From positions 10,704-74,703 of the forward strand of contig DASWZK010000071.1 of the NCBI GenBank assembly GCA_036404515.1: 64,000 nucleotides of DNA, in the 5' to 3' direction. The notes under the pieces were generated by a model that ran no database searches, was not told where the DNA came from, and was given only the letters and a program-made list of their open reading frames with translations. Within the stretch, counting starts at the first letter, position 1, and every line of letters starts with the position of its first letter. Position numbers and translations under genes: made by a program. Shown here in pieces: positions 1-8,876 of the stretch. This stretch comes from Candidatus Limnocylindrales bacterium (GTDB lineage: Bacteria > Chloroflexota > Limnocylindria > Limnocylindrales > CSP1-4).

Positions 1-138
1 TTCGCCTCGTCGGCCGCGATCATCGTGCCGGCGGTCCTGCGCAAGCGCCTCGGGGCGAAGTCGCTCCTCGTCGGCGGGGCCTTCTACCTCGCGTATCTGC
101 TCCTGGTGATCGCGGCTCTCTCACGTCCGAGCGGCTGA
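1..138 (+). CDS. 3' end of an ORF truncated by the window edge; hydrophobic C-terminus of an unidentified membrane protein
   Basis: Frame 1 is open from base 1 to TGA at 136-138. The translation FASSAAIIVPAVLRKRLGAKSLLVGGAFYLAYLLLVIAALSRPSG looks like a TM helix. It is too short to assign a family. Confidence 0.3.
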   Translation, partial: FASSAAIIVPAVLRKRLGAKSLLVGGAFYLAYLLLVIAALSRPSG

Positions 139-240
139 GGCGACGCTCGCTTCTGCCTGTCTGGGGGCGTGGCGCCGGGCCGCTCTATACTTGATTTCCG
201 CCGGCTCACGGTCGGCGCTACCACCAGGGAGGGCCGACAG

Positions 241-1218
241 ATGGTCACAGAGCAGTCAACGGCCCCAGCCGAGGGCGTGGCGTCCAAGCCGGACCAGAAC
301 AGCCTGGTCTGCTATTTCCGGGATGCCTACGTTCCGCTCGGCGAGGCACGCGTCCCGATCATGACACACGCCTTCCTGTATGGAACGGCCGTCTTCGAGG
401 GCATTCGAGCCTACTGGAACTCGGATGAGAAGCAGTTGTATGCGCTTCGAGTCAAGGAGCACATCGTCCGGCTGCGTAACTCCAGCAAGATCATGCTGAT
501 GGCTGAACTGCCGTCCGTAGATGAATTCGTCGAGATCGTCCTGCAGGTCCTGCGCCGCAACGAGTTCCGGGAAGACGCCTACTGCCGTCCGTCTGTCTAC
601 AAGAGCACCGAGGCGATCGGCGTCAGGCTTCACGGGCTGACTCACGAGTTCTACGTCCTGGCGATCCCGATGGGCGACTACATCGACACCGAGAAGGGGA
701 TCCCGACCGGAACCGTCTCCTGGCGCCGGACGAGCGACGTTTCGATGCCGTCACGCAGCAAGATAACGGGCAGCTACGTCAACCCGGCCTTCTCCAAGAC
801 CGAAGCGATGCTCAACGGCTTCGAGGAGGCCATCGTGCTGACCGCCGATGGCCACGTCGCCGAAGGTTCGGCCGAGAACCTGTTCATGGTTCGGGACGGT
901 GTACTGATCACGCCGTCGGTCACCGAGGACATCCTCGAAGGCATCACTCGAGCCGGGATGATGGAGATCGCCGCTCACCTTGGCATCCCGGTGAAGGAAC
1001 GCCAGATCGACAGGAGCGAGCTCTACATCGCCGACGAAGTGTTCCTTTGCGGTACAGGTGCGCAGGTCTCGCCAGTCGCGTCGGTCGACCACCGTCCGGT
1101 CGGCGAGGGCCGGGTTGGGCCGATCTCCGGGCAGATAAGCAAGACCTACTTCGACGCGGTGCGGGGACGCCTTCCGGCATTCCGGCACTGGGTGACACCC
1201 GTATACAAGGGTGAGTGA
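241..1218 (+). CDS. ilvE: Branched-chain amino acid aminotransferase (class IV fold)
   Basis: ORF 169..1218. Motifs THAFLYGTAVFEGIRAY, GSYVNPAFSKTEA, EGSAENLFMV and DEVFLCGTGAQVSPV are typical of IlvE. I moved the start to ATG 241, which has GGGAGGG 7 nt upstream. Confidence 0.85.
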   Translation: MVTEQSTAPAEGVASKPDQNSLVCYFRDAYVPLGEARVPIMTHAFLYGTAVFEGIRAYWNSDEKQLYALRVKEHIVRLRNSSKIMLMAELPSVDEFVEIVLQVLRRNEFREDAYCRPSVYKSTEAIGVRLHGLTHEFYVLAIPMGDYIDTEKGIPTGTVSWRRTSDVSMPSRSKITGSYVNPAFSKTEAMLNGFEEAIVLTADGHVAEGSAENLFMVRDGVLITPSVTEDILEGITRAGMMEIAAHLGIPVKERQIDRSELYIADEVFLCGTGAQVSPVASVDHRPVGEGRVGPISGQISKTYFDAVRGRLPAFRHWVTPVYKGE

Positions 1219-2926
1219 AGCTTCGGCTCGAGACTCCTCCGCTTCCCGGTCGGCCGTAGCGGCCGAGGCGCCGGCCGCGGCGACCAGGCCGCAGCTAATG
1301 CCCAGAGTTCTCGAGATGATCCCGGGGCTCGTGACATGGATCCTGATCCTGGGCATGATCCCGTTCGCCATCCGCTGGCCCGTGGTTCTGGGCGCCTTCG
1401 TCCTTAGCTTCGACTTCTACTGGATGTACCGGGCGATGGTCCTTTCCGTCAGCGTGCAGATCTCATTCCGACGTATCCGCCGGGTAGTCGCGGTCGACTG
1501 GCGGCAGCAGGCCTTCTCGCTCTCAGATCCGGCGAAGCGGTGGCAGGAATTGTCGGACCTGATCGACCGGGTGCGCACTCGTGCATCCGAGCTGGATGCC
1601 GCCGGCAACAAGCTGGCAGCGCAGGGCGGACGGCGCGAGCTTCGCCGGCTCATCGACGAACGGCGCCAGATTGAACGGCTGATCAACCTCCAGGAGCCCA
1701 TGCCGGATCCGCGCGAGCTCTGGCACGTGGCCCTGATCCCGACCTACACGGAGCCGTACGAAAAGCTCTTCCAGACGGTCAAGGCTCTCGCCGACGCCGA
1801 CTACCCGTGCGACCGGCGAATGGTCGCGATAATCACCCGCGAGACGGACCTTCAGGGTCGCGAGAACGTCGCCAAGCTGCGCGAGATCTTCGGCAGTCAG
1901 TTCGAGCACTTCTTCCACATCCTCGACCCGCTCGAGCCGGGCGTCGTCGTGGGCAAGTCCAGTGCCATGGCGTATGGCGGTCGGTGGCTGTACCGAGAGC
2001 TGACGAAGCTTGGTTTCGACCCCAAGCAAGTGATCGTGACGGATCTGGACTCCGACTACCGCGTTCACAAGCAGTACTTCGGCTACCTGACTTACAAGTT
2101 CGTAACCGACCGCGACCGCTTCCGGCGGCTATACCAGCCCGTTCCGATGTTTCACAACAACCTGTGGCAATGCCCGCTGCCGGTCCGCCTGATCGCCGTG
2201 AGCACGACGCACGTCCAGATGTGGCGGCATCTTACGCCCGAGCGGCTCGTCAGCTTCAGCTCGTACGCGGTTTCGCTGCAGACAATCCACGAGGTCGACT
2301 ACTGGGCGACCGATGCGATCCCCGAGGACAGTCGCTTCTACTGGAAGAGCTTCTTCCGCTACAGCGGCCAGTTCCGCGCCGAGCCGCTTTTCATCCCCGT
2401 CTATGGTGACGCGGTTCGGGCCCGGTCGTACCCTCGCAGCCTGATGCAGCAGTACACCCAGATCCGCCGCTGGGCCTGGGGCGTGACTGACATCCCGTTC
2501 TTCATCGACAACGCCCTGCATCACACCGAGATCCCGCTGCGCGACCGGGTCGGTCGTCTCTTCGACCTGTGGCTCGACCACATCACCTGGGCAATCACTC
2601 CGTTCATCATGATCTTCGGCGCGGCTCTGCCGGTCGCCCTCAATCAGACGTTCGCGGCTGCTACGTTCGGCCAGCAACTGCCCGTCTACACGGGCTGGCT
2701 GCTCTCCGGTGCCATGGCTTCGTTGCTGGTCTTGATATTCGTCGAGGACCAGCTGGCGCCGCCGCGTCCGGCAGAGTGGGGAATCCGGATGAAGGTCGTG
2801 TCCTGGCTGCAGTGGATTTGCCTGCCGGTGGTGGGCGCAGTGTTCACCAATCTGCCGGCGCTCGATGCGCAGACGCGCCTGCTGACGGGCCGCTACCTCG
2901 AGTATCGCGTCACCGAGAAGGCGTAG
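1211..2926 (+). CDS. Membrane-embedded family-2 glycosyltransferase, processive (cellulose/chitin-synthase-like) type, specificity unknown
   Basis: 571-aa ORF with N- and C-terminal TM segments. The ordered motifs are IPTYTEPYE, GKSSAMAYG, DLDSD, EDSRFYW and QIRRWAWG (the Q-x-x-R-W signature). GTG start overlaps the ilvE stop. Confidence 0.5.
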   Translation: MSEASARDSSASRSAVAAEAPAAATRPQLMPRVLEMIPGLVTWILILGMIPFAIRWPVVLGAFVLSFDFYWMYRAMVLSVSVQISFRRIRRVVAVDWRQQAFSLSDPAKRWQELSDLIDRVRTRASELDAAGNKLAAQGGRRELRRLIDERRQIERLINLQEPMPDPRELWHVALIPTYTEPYEKLFQTVKALADADYPCDRRMVAIITRETDLQGRENVAKLREIFGSQFEHFFHILDPLEPGVVVGKSSAMAYGGRWLYRELTKLGFDPKQVIVTDLDSDYRVHKQYFGYLTYKFVTDRDRFRRLYQPVPMFHNNLWQCPLPVRLIAVSTTHVQMWRHLTPERLVSFSSYAVSLQTIHEVDYWATDAIPEDSRFYWKSFFRYSGQFRAEPLFIPVYGDAVRARSYPRSLMQQYTQIRRWAWGVTDIPFFIDNALHHTEIPLRDRVGRLFDLWLDHITWAITPFIMIFGAALPVALNQTFAAATFGQQLPVYTGWLLSGAMASLLVLIFVEDQLAPPRPAEWGIRMKVVSWLQWICLPVVGAVFTNLPALDAQTRLLTGRYLEYRVTEKA

Positions 2927-3147
2927 CCTATGCGTCGGCGTGGCCCGAGCCAGGGAGGCCAACGCCACGTTCGTCGTGGCGAATTCGGACTGCCGGCGCG
3001 CCGGGCGGACTGAGATTGCCACCGGTTCGCTAGGATACCCACGTACGTGTCCCTCGCCGTGTTTCGACCAGCCAGCGGGAATGCCGCGCCCTGGAGAGAC
3101 AGGCGGGGGATCGGCGAGTCCATGGACCTACCATCGAGCCGAGGACG

Positions 3148-6100
3148 ATGTTCCGACCAGTCAGTTCCAAGCCCGATCTCGTCGCCCAGGAGCACGAGAT
3201 TCTCACGCTCTGGCGCGAGCGCCGGACCTTCTCCCGCCTGCGAGCCCAGAACGCCGGCAAGGAGCGCTGGAGCTTCCTGGACGGTCCGATCACGGCCAAC
3301 AATCCTATGGGCGTCCACCACGCCTGGGGTCGGGCGTACAAGGACCTGTTCCAACGCTTCTGGGCCATGCAGGGCCGGGACCAGCGTTACCAGAATGGCT
3401 TCGACTGCCAGGGGCTGTGGGTGGAGGTCAACGTCGAGCGAGACCTGGGCTTCACCAACAAGCGCGACATAGAGGAATACGGCATCGCGGAGTTCGTCAG
3501 CCTGTGCAAGCAGCGGGTGCTGACATTCGCGGCTCGCCAGACCGAGCAATCGGTTCGCTTGGGCATGTGGATGGACTGGAACGACCCCGTCGAGCTGCGA
3601 CGCCTGCGCGACCTGCTGGCTGAGAACCCGAGCCAGCCAGTGACGACGATCGGCGCGGACGGCAGGCCGGTGACCGACACGGCCGAGCAGGTGGTGGGCC
3701 GCCTGGGCATGCCGGAGCTGGGCGGCAGCTACTTCACCTTCTCAAATGAGAACAACTATCTGATCTGGTCGTTCCTGGCGGAGTGCCATCGCCGCGGTTG
3801 GCTTTACAAGGGCCACGACTCAATGCCCTGGTGCGCTCGCTGCGGCACCGGCATCAGCCAGCACGAGATGACCGAGGGCTACGCTGATCGCGAAGACCCC
3901 GGCCTGACCGTCAAGTTCCCACTCGTGGATCGGCCCGGCGAGGCGCTGCTCGTCTGGACGACCACGCCGTGGACGCTGACCTCCAACGTGGCTGCGGCCG
4001 TGGGCGAGGACCTTCGGTACGTCAAGGTCAAGCAGGACGACGAGATCTTCTGGCTCGGCCGCGGTACGGTCAGAAGCGCCCTCGTCGGACCGTTCCAGGT
4101 TCTTGAAGAGCGCCACGGTCGCGAACTTGAGGGCTGGCGCTACTCCGGCCCGTTCGACGAGCTGCCTGCGGTGCAGGCCGCCTTTGCCGAAGGCGGGGCT
4201 TCCGGAACCGCTTACGAGCACCGCGTCGTGGTCTGGGACGAGGTAGGTGAGGAAGAGGGCACGGGCATCGTCCACATCGCACCCGGCTGCGGTGCCGAAG
4301 ACTTCGCCCTTGGCAAGAAGCTGGGCCTGCCGACGATCGCTCCCCTCGATGAGAACGGCGTCGTTCTGCCTGGATTTGGCCCCTACTCAGGCCGCGACGT
4401 CCGCGACGTGGCCGACCCGATCGTCGAGACGCTCAGGCACCACCACCGTTTCTACCGCCTCGAAACGATCACTCACCGCTACCCGCACTGCTGGCGCTGC
4501 AACACGCCGCTGGTGTTCCGCGTCGTCGACGAGTGGTACATCAGCATGGGCCCGGTCTACGACGTCCCTCGCGAGCAGCTGACCCGCGAGCAGGTCGAGG
4601 CCAGCCTCCGCTACCAGATCATGGATGTCATCGAGGACATCCGCTGGATCCCCGGCTTCGGCTATGAGCGGGAGCTCGACTGGCTCCTGAACATGCATGA
4701 CTGGATGATCAGCAAGAAGCGCTACTGGGGCCTGGCGCTGCCTATCTACGACTGCGAGTCGTGCCCCGCGGTCACCGTCGTCGGCAGCCGCGAGGAGCTG
4801 GCCGAGCGGGCCGTCGAGGGCTGGGAAGCGTTCGAAGGCCACACCCCGCATCGGCCCTACGTAGACGCCGTCAAGATCCGATGTCCAGGCTGCGGTGGGT
4901 CGGTCGGTCGCATCGCCGATGTGGGCAACCCGTGGCTTGACGCCGGCATCGTGCCATTTTCGACGATGCATTACCGGAGCGATCCGGATTACTGGAAGGG
5001 CTGGTTCCCGGCCGACTTCGTGACGGAGAGCTTCCCGGGCCAGTTCCGCAACTGGTTCTACTCGCTTCTGGCCATGAGCACGGTGCTGCGGCGCGAGGCG
5101 CCGTTCAAGACGCTGTTCGGATATGCACTCGTCTTCGGGGACGACGGGCGCCAGATGCATAAGAGCTGGGGCAACGCCATCGAGTTCGACGAGGCGGCCG
5201 AGCGAATGGGCGTCGACGTGATGCGCTGGATGTTCGCCAACGCCCGGCCCGAGGACAATATCCTCTTCGGCTGGCACGCGGCCGACGAGGCGCGGCGGAG
5301 GTTGCTCGTCTTCTGGAACGTGTACTCGTTCTTCGTCACCTACGCCCGTCTTGCCGAATGGGATCCGCGCGGAGCCGCGCCGCCCGTCACCGAACGGAGT
5401 GCGCTCGATCGCTGGATCCTCTCCCGAGTCGCCAAGCTGGCCGGCGAAGTCGAGGACGATCTGCGGAACTACGACGCCCTCGATGCCGCCCGCGCCATCG
5501 ACTGGTTCATCGAGGAGCTGTCGACCTGGTATCTGCGCCGATCGCGTAAGCGATTCTCTCGCGGGGCCGATGCCGCGGACCGCGCCGCGGCTTTCGCCAC
5601 AATGCATGCAACTCTCGTGGCGCTGGTGCGGGTCATGGCCCCGATCCTGCCTTTCGCGACCGAGGCGATCTACCAGAACCTTGTAGTCGCCGTCGGCCTC
5701 GAAGGTGCGCCGGACAGCGTCCATCTGAACAGTTGGCCCTTGCGCGAGCTGTCCGAGTTCAAGGACCCGGCACTCGAGTCCTCGATGGCGGTCGCAACCC
5801 GCGCGGTCGATCTCGTTCGGACGCTGCGCGGGCAGGCTGGCATCAAGGTCCGCCAGCCCCTGGCGAGGATGTGGCTGGCTCTGCCTGGCGGCGAGTTCGT
5901 CGAGCGGGACGCTCTACTCGCTCTCGTGGCGGACGAAGTCAACGTCAAGTCGATCGAGTTGATAGGCGACGAGTCCGCGCTCGTCGATAGGCGGGTCAAG
6001 CCGCTGTTGCCGAAGATCGGCAAGAAGCTCGGATCGGCGATCCCGGCGGTCATGACAGCTGCTCGCGAGGGCCGCTTCGAGATACTGGCGGACGGCTCGG

Positions 6101-6498
6101 TTCTTCTGGCCGGCATGACGCTCGCCGCCGACGAGGTGGAGATCCAGGCCACTCCGCGGCCCGGCACGGCCGTGGCCCACGACGAGGGCTTGGTCGTGGT
6201 CATCGACACTGAGCTGACGCCGGAGCTTCGCGCTGAGGGCGACGCTCGCGAACTGCAGCGCGCAATCCAGGACGCTCGCAAGGACGCCGGCGTAGAGCTG
6301 GAGGACGAGGTCGAGGTTCGAGTGGAGGCGCTCGCTGCCGCCGAGCGGACGCTGCGGCCGTATCTCGCCGCGGTCGAGGTCGAGACGCGCAGCAGGATCG
6401 AGTTCGGGCCCGCGCCGGCAGGCGCCAACGCCATGACGGTAGACCTCGATTCGGGACCCGCGCGCGTTGGCTTGATACCGAAAGCCGTCGCCCCTTAG
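3148..6498 (+). CDS. ileS: Isoleucyl-tRNA synthetase (long, type-2-like)
   Basis: 1116 aa. Class Ia signatures: GPITANNPMGVHHAWG (HIGH-like), TTTPWTL editing-domain motif, DWMISKKRYWG, and QMHKSWGN (a KMSKS variant). It is followed directly by lspA, the conserved ileS-lspA pair. Confidence 0.9.
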   Translation: MFRPVSSKPDLVAQEHEILTLWRERRTFSRLRAQNAGKERWSFLDGPITANNPMGVHHAWGRAYKDLFQRFWAMQGRDQRYQNGFDCQGLWVEVNVERDLGFTNKRDIEEYGIAEFVSLCKQRVLTFAARQTEQSVRLGMWMDWNDPVELRRLRDLLAENPSQPVTTIGADGRPVTDTAEQVVGRLGMPELGGSYFTFSNENNYLIWSFLAECHRRGWLYKGHDSMPWCARCGTGISQHEMTEGYADREDPGLTVKFPLVDRPGEALLVWTTTPWTLTSNVAAAVGEDLRYVKVKQDDEIFWLGRGTVRSALVGPFQVLEERHGRELEGWRYSGPFDELPAVQAAFAEGGASGTAYEHRVVVWDEVGEEEGTGIVHIAPGCGAEDFALGKKLGLPTIAPLDENGVVLPGFGPYSGRDVRDVADPIVETLRHHHRFYRLETITHRYPHCWRCNTPLVFRVVDEWYISMGPVYDVPREQLTREQVEASLRYQIMDVIEDIRWIPGFGYERELDWLLNMHDWMISKKRYWGLALPIYDCESCPAVTVVGSREELAERAVEGWEAFEGHTPHRPYVDAVKIRCPGCGGSVGRIADVGNPWLDAGIVPFSTMHYRSDPDYWKGWFPADFVTESFPGQFRNWFYSLLAMSTVLRREAPFKTLFGYALVFGDDGRQMHKSWGNAIEFDEAAERMGVDVMRWMFANARPEDNILFGWHAADEARRRLLVFWNVYSFFVTYARLAEWDPRGAAPPVTERSALDRWILSRVAKLAGEVEDDLRNYDALDAARAIDWFIEELSTWYLRRSRKRFSRGADAADRAAAFATMHATLVALVRVMAPILPFATEAIYQNLVVAVGLEGAPDSVHLNSWPLRELSEFKDPALESSMAVATRAVDLVRTLRGQAGIKVRQPLARMWLALPGGEFVERDALLALVADEVNVKSIELIGDESALVDRRVKPLLPKIGKKLGSAIPAVMTAAREGRFEILADGSVLLAGMTLAADEVEIQATPRPGTAVAHDEGLVVVIDTELTPELRAEGDARELQRAIQDARKDAGVELEDEVEVRVEALAAAERTLRPYLAAVEVETRSRIEFGPAPAGANAMTVDLDSGPARVGLIPKAVAP

Positions 6499-6527
6499 GC
6501 TTAACCAGGACACCACGGAGGCCCTGA

Positions 6528-7139
6528 CTGGACCCCAGCGACACTTACCCAGCGGACCACTCGACTCGAACTCTCGGAGCCGGCGCTCCCGAGCTGCGGC
6601 GGCGCGCTGCCCTGATTGCTTTCGCTTTGGTGGCCCTGGGCATCGTCGTAAGCGATCAGCTGCTCAAGCGATGGGTGACCGCCAATTTCGCGCCCAACAC
6701 GCCTTCGCCGGTCCTGGACGATTGGTTTCGGATCGACTTCATTCACAACGCCGGCGGACTCTTCGGGCTCTTCCAGGGGTCGGCGCCGATCTTCGCTCTC
6801 GTGACTATCGGCGTGGTGGCTGTTCTCATAGCCTTCGAGGTCGGGTCGGGTTGGCGCAGCTGGCTTGTCACCCTGACCCTGGCCCTTCTGTTGGGCGGCG
6901 CGATCGGCAACTTCATCGACCGCATTCGCTTCGGCTACGTGGTCGACTTCGCCGATATCGGCATCGGAACATGGCGCTTCTACATCTTCAACATTGCCGA
7001 TTCGGCGGTAACCGTGGCCATCTTGCTGATGCTCTTCCTCTGGTTCGTGGCGCCTTACCTGGGGGTCCACGAGCCCGCCGAGAGGAATGGCGAGGGCGTC
7101 GCGGGCAGCGCCGACTCCGGCAGCGCAGAGGGCCGGTAG
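6528..7139 (+). CDS. lspA: Lipoprotein signal peptidase II
   Basis: Motifs FIHNAGGLFG, GGAIGNFIDRIRFGYVVDF and FNIADS. The track ORF starts at TTG 6627, which would remove most of TM1. The frame is open from 6528 (CTG), which sits 6 nt after GGAGG (6517-6521). The 5' end is therefore uncertain. Confidence 0.8.
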   Translation: MDPSDTYPADHSTRTLGAGAPELRRRAALIAFALVALGIVVSDQLLKRWVTANFAPNTPSPVLDDWFRIDFIHNAGGLFGLFQGSAPIFALVTIGVVAVLIAFEVGSGWRSWLVTLTLALLLGGAIGNFIDRIRFGYVVDFADIGIGTWRFYIFNIADSAVTVAILLMLFLWFVAPYLGVHEPAERNGEGVAGSADSGSAEGR

Positions 7140-7142
7140 TCG

Positions 7143-8144
7143 ATGAGGCGGTTGACGATCATCGTTCCCGATACCGCGGCAGGTCGAATCGATCGTTTCG
7201 TCGCCGATATGTCCGGCCTGTCGCGCAGCTACGTCCAGAAGTTGATCACGGAAGGTCATGTCACCGCGGCCGGCGCTCCCATCAGGGCCAACGAGGCCAT
7301 CGTACCCGGCGAGATCGTCGAGCTGGAGATTCCGGAGCCGCGACCTCTGGAGCTGACTCCCGAGCCGATACCCCTTTCCGTCGTCTATGAGGACGGGGAT
7401 CTCCTGATCGTCGACAAGGCTGCCGGGCTGGTCGTCCATCCGGCCCCCGGCCACCAGGGCGGGACGCTCGTCAATGCTCTCCTCGCCCGGGGCACCGAGT
7501 ACGGTGGCATCGCTGGCGTTCGACGGCCGGGTATCGTCCATCGCCTGGATCGGGACACCAGCGGCCTGTTGATGGTTGCCAAGAACGACCTGGCCCAGGC
7601 AGGCCTGATGGCTCAACTCAAGGCCCGCGGTGTGAAGAAGACATACCTGGGCCTGGTCCAGGGCGCCGTCGCGGCAACGTCCGGCCGCGTTGAAGCGGCG
7701 ATCGGGCGGGACCCGCATCACCGGACTCGGATGGCGGTCGTGCCGTCCGGGCGTGAGGCCGTTACCGGCTACCGCGTTCGGGAGCGCCTCCCCGGCTGGA
7801 CGCTGCTGGAGCTGGATCTCATCACTGGTCGAACGCACCAGATCCGCGTTCACCTGGCGGCCATCGAGCATCCACTGGCGGGCGACCCGCTGTACGGCAC
7901 CGGCACTTCGCGGCGAGGGCCGGACGGCCTGAAGCGCCTCTTCCTACACAGCTGGCGCATCGAGTTGCAGTCGCCGAGCGACGGCCACGTCATCCGGGCA
8001 ACGGCGCCGCTTCCGCCGGAGCTCGAGTCGGTGCTGGCCGGCTTGCGCGCCCGCGCTTCGGGCGAGCTCGACGCGGGTGGCGGCTTCGACGGATCGGCCG
8101 ACTCGGCCGCATCGGTCCCACCAGTCGAGAAGAGGCCGGTATGA
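7143..8144 (+). CDS. rluD: RluA-family 23S rRNA pseudouridine synthase (RluD-like) with N-terminal S4 domain
   Basis: HRLDRDTSGLLMVAKN catalytic motif, TGRTHQIRVHL, and an S4-like N-terminus (RIDRFVADMSGLSRSYVQKLI). Confidence 0.85.
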   Translation: MRRLTIIVPDTAAGRIDRFVADMSGLSRSYVQKLITEGHVTAAGAPIRANEAIVPGEIVELEIPEPRPLELTPEPIPLSVVYEDGDLLIVDKAAGLVVHPAPGHQGGTLVNALLARGTEYGGIAGVRRPGIVHRLDRDTSGLLMVAKNDLAQAGLMAQLKARGVKKTYLGLVQGAVAATSGRVEAAIGRDPHHRTRMAVVPSGREAVTGYRVRERLPGWTLLELDLITGRTHQIRVHLAAIEHPLAGDPLYGTGTSRRGPDGLKRLFLHSWRIELQSPSDGHVIRATAPLPPELESVLAGLRARASGELDAGGGFDGSADSAASVPPVEKRPV

Positions 8145-8833
8145 GCACGCACCCGCTCGAGCAGTCGGCGGCGCGACCGTCGGCAGCGGTCCCGTCGGCG
8201 GCCGACCGCAGCCCGGCAGCCGACGAGGCGGATCCGCCGAACCCGATGTTGGTCATCATCTCGGGGCCGTCGGGCGTGGGCAAGGACACGATCATCGCTG
8301 CGCTCCAGAAGCGGGGACACCGGCCGGAGTACCACTATGTCGTGACCTGCACGACCAGGCGTCGACGACCCACAGAGGTCGACGGCGTCAGCTACAACTT
8401 CGTCTCGCCGAGCGAGTTCGCTGCCATGCGTGAAGCGGGCGAGCTGCTCGAAGCGAACGAAGTCCACGGCAACTGCTACGGTACGCCGCGAAGAGGCGTT
8501 CGCCAGGCGCTCGCGGGCGGCCAGCATGCGATCCTGAAGATCGATGTTCAGGGCGCTCACGTAGTCAAGAGTTGCGTCCCTCAAGCCCTGCTGGTTTTCG
8601 TCGTGCCGCCGTCGTTCGAGACCCTCGCAGAGCACCTCAAGGCTCGACGCACCGAGTCGGCCGAACAGCTTGAGCTTAGACAGCGCAACGCCGCTATCGA
8701 GCTGGCTCGCAAGGACGATTACGACTACGTGGTCGTAAACGAGGAGGGCCGCGTGGACGTCACGGCTGAGAGGATCGAAGAGATAATTGCGCAGGAGGAA
8801 CGACGGGGATCTCGCCGTGCGGTGACCGTCTGA
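8141..8833 (+). CDS. gmk: Guanylate kinase
   Basis: P-loop ISGPSGVGKDT and TTRRRRPTEVDGVSYNFV. The ATG overlaps the rluD stop (ATGA). There is an N-terminal Ala/Pro-rich extension of about 35 aa; ATG 8245 is an alternative start. Confidence 0.85.
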   Translation: MSTHPLEQSAARPSAAVPSAADRSPAADEADPPNPMLVIISGPSGVGKDTIIAALQKRGHRPEYHYVVTCTTRRRRPTEVDGVSYNFVSPSEFAAMREAGELLEANEVHGNCYGTPRRGVRQALAGGQHAILKIDVQGAHVVKSCVPQALLVFVVPPSFETLAEHLKARRTESAEQLELRQRNAAIELARKDDYDYVVVNEEGRVDVTAERIEEIIAQEERRGSRRAVTV

Positions 8834-8876
8834 CGAGAGCGATGTCCGTCTGCCGGGCTGCTTCGATGGGGGGCGC

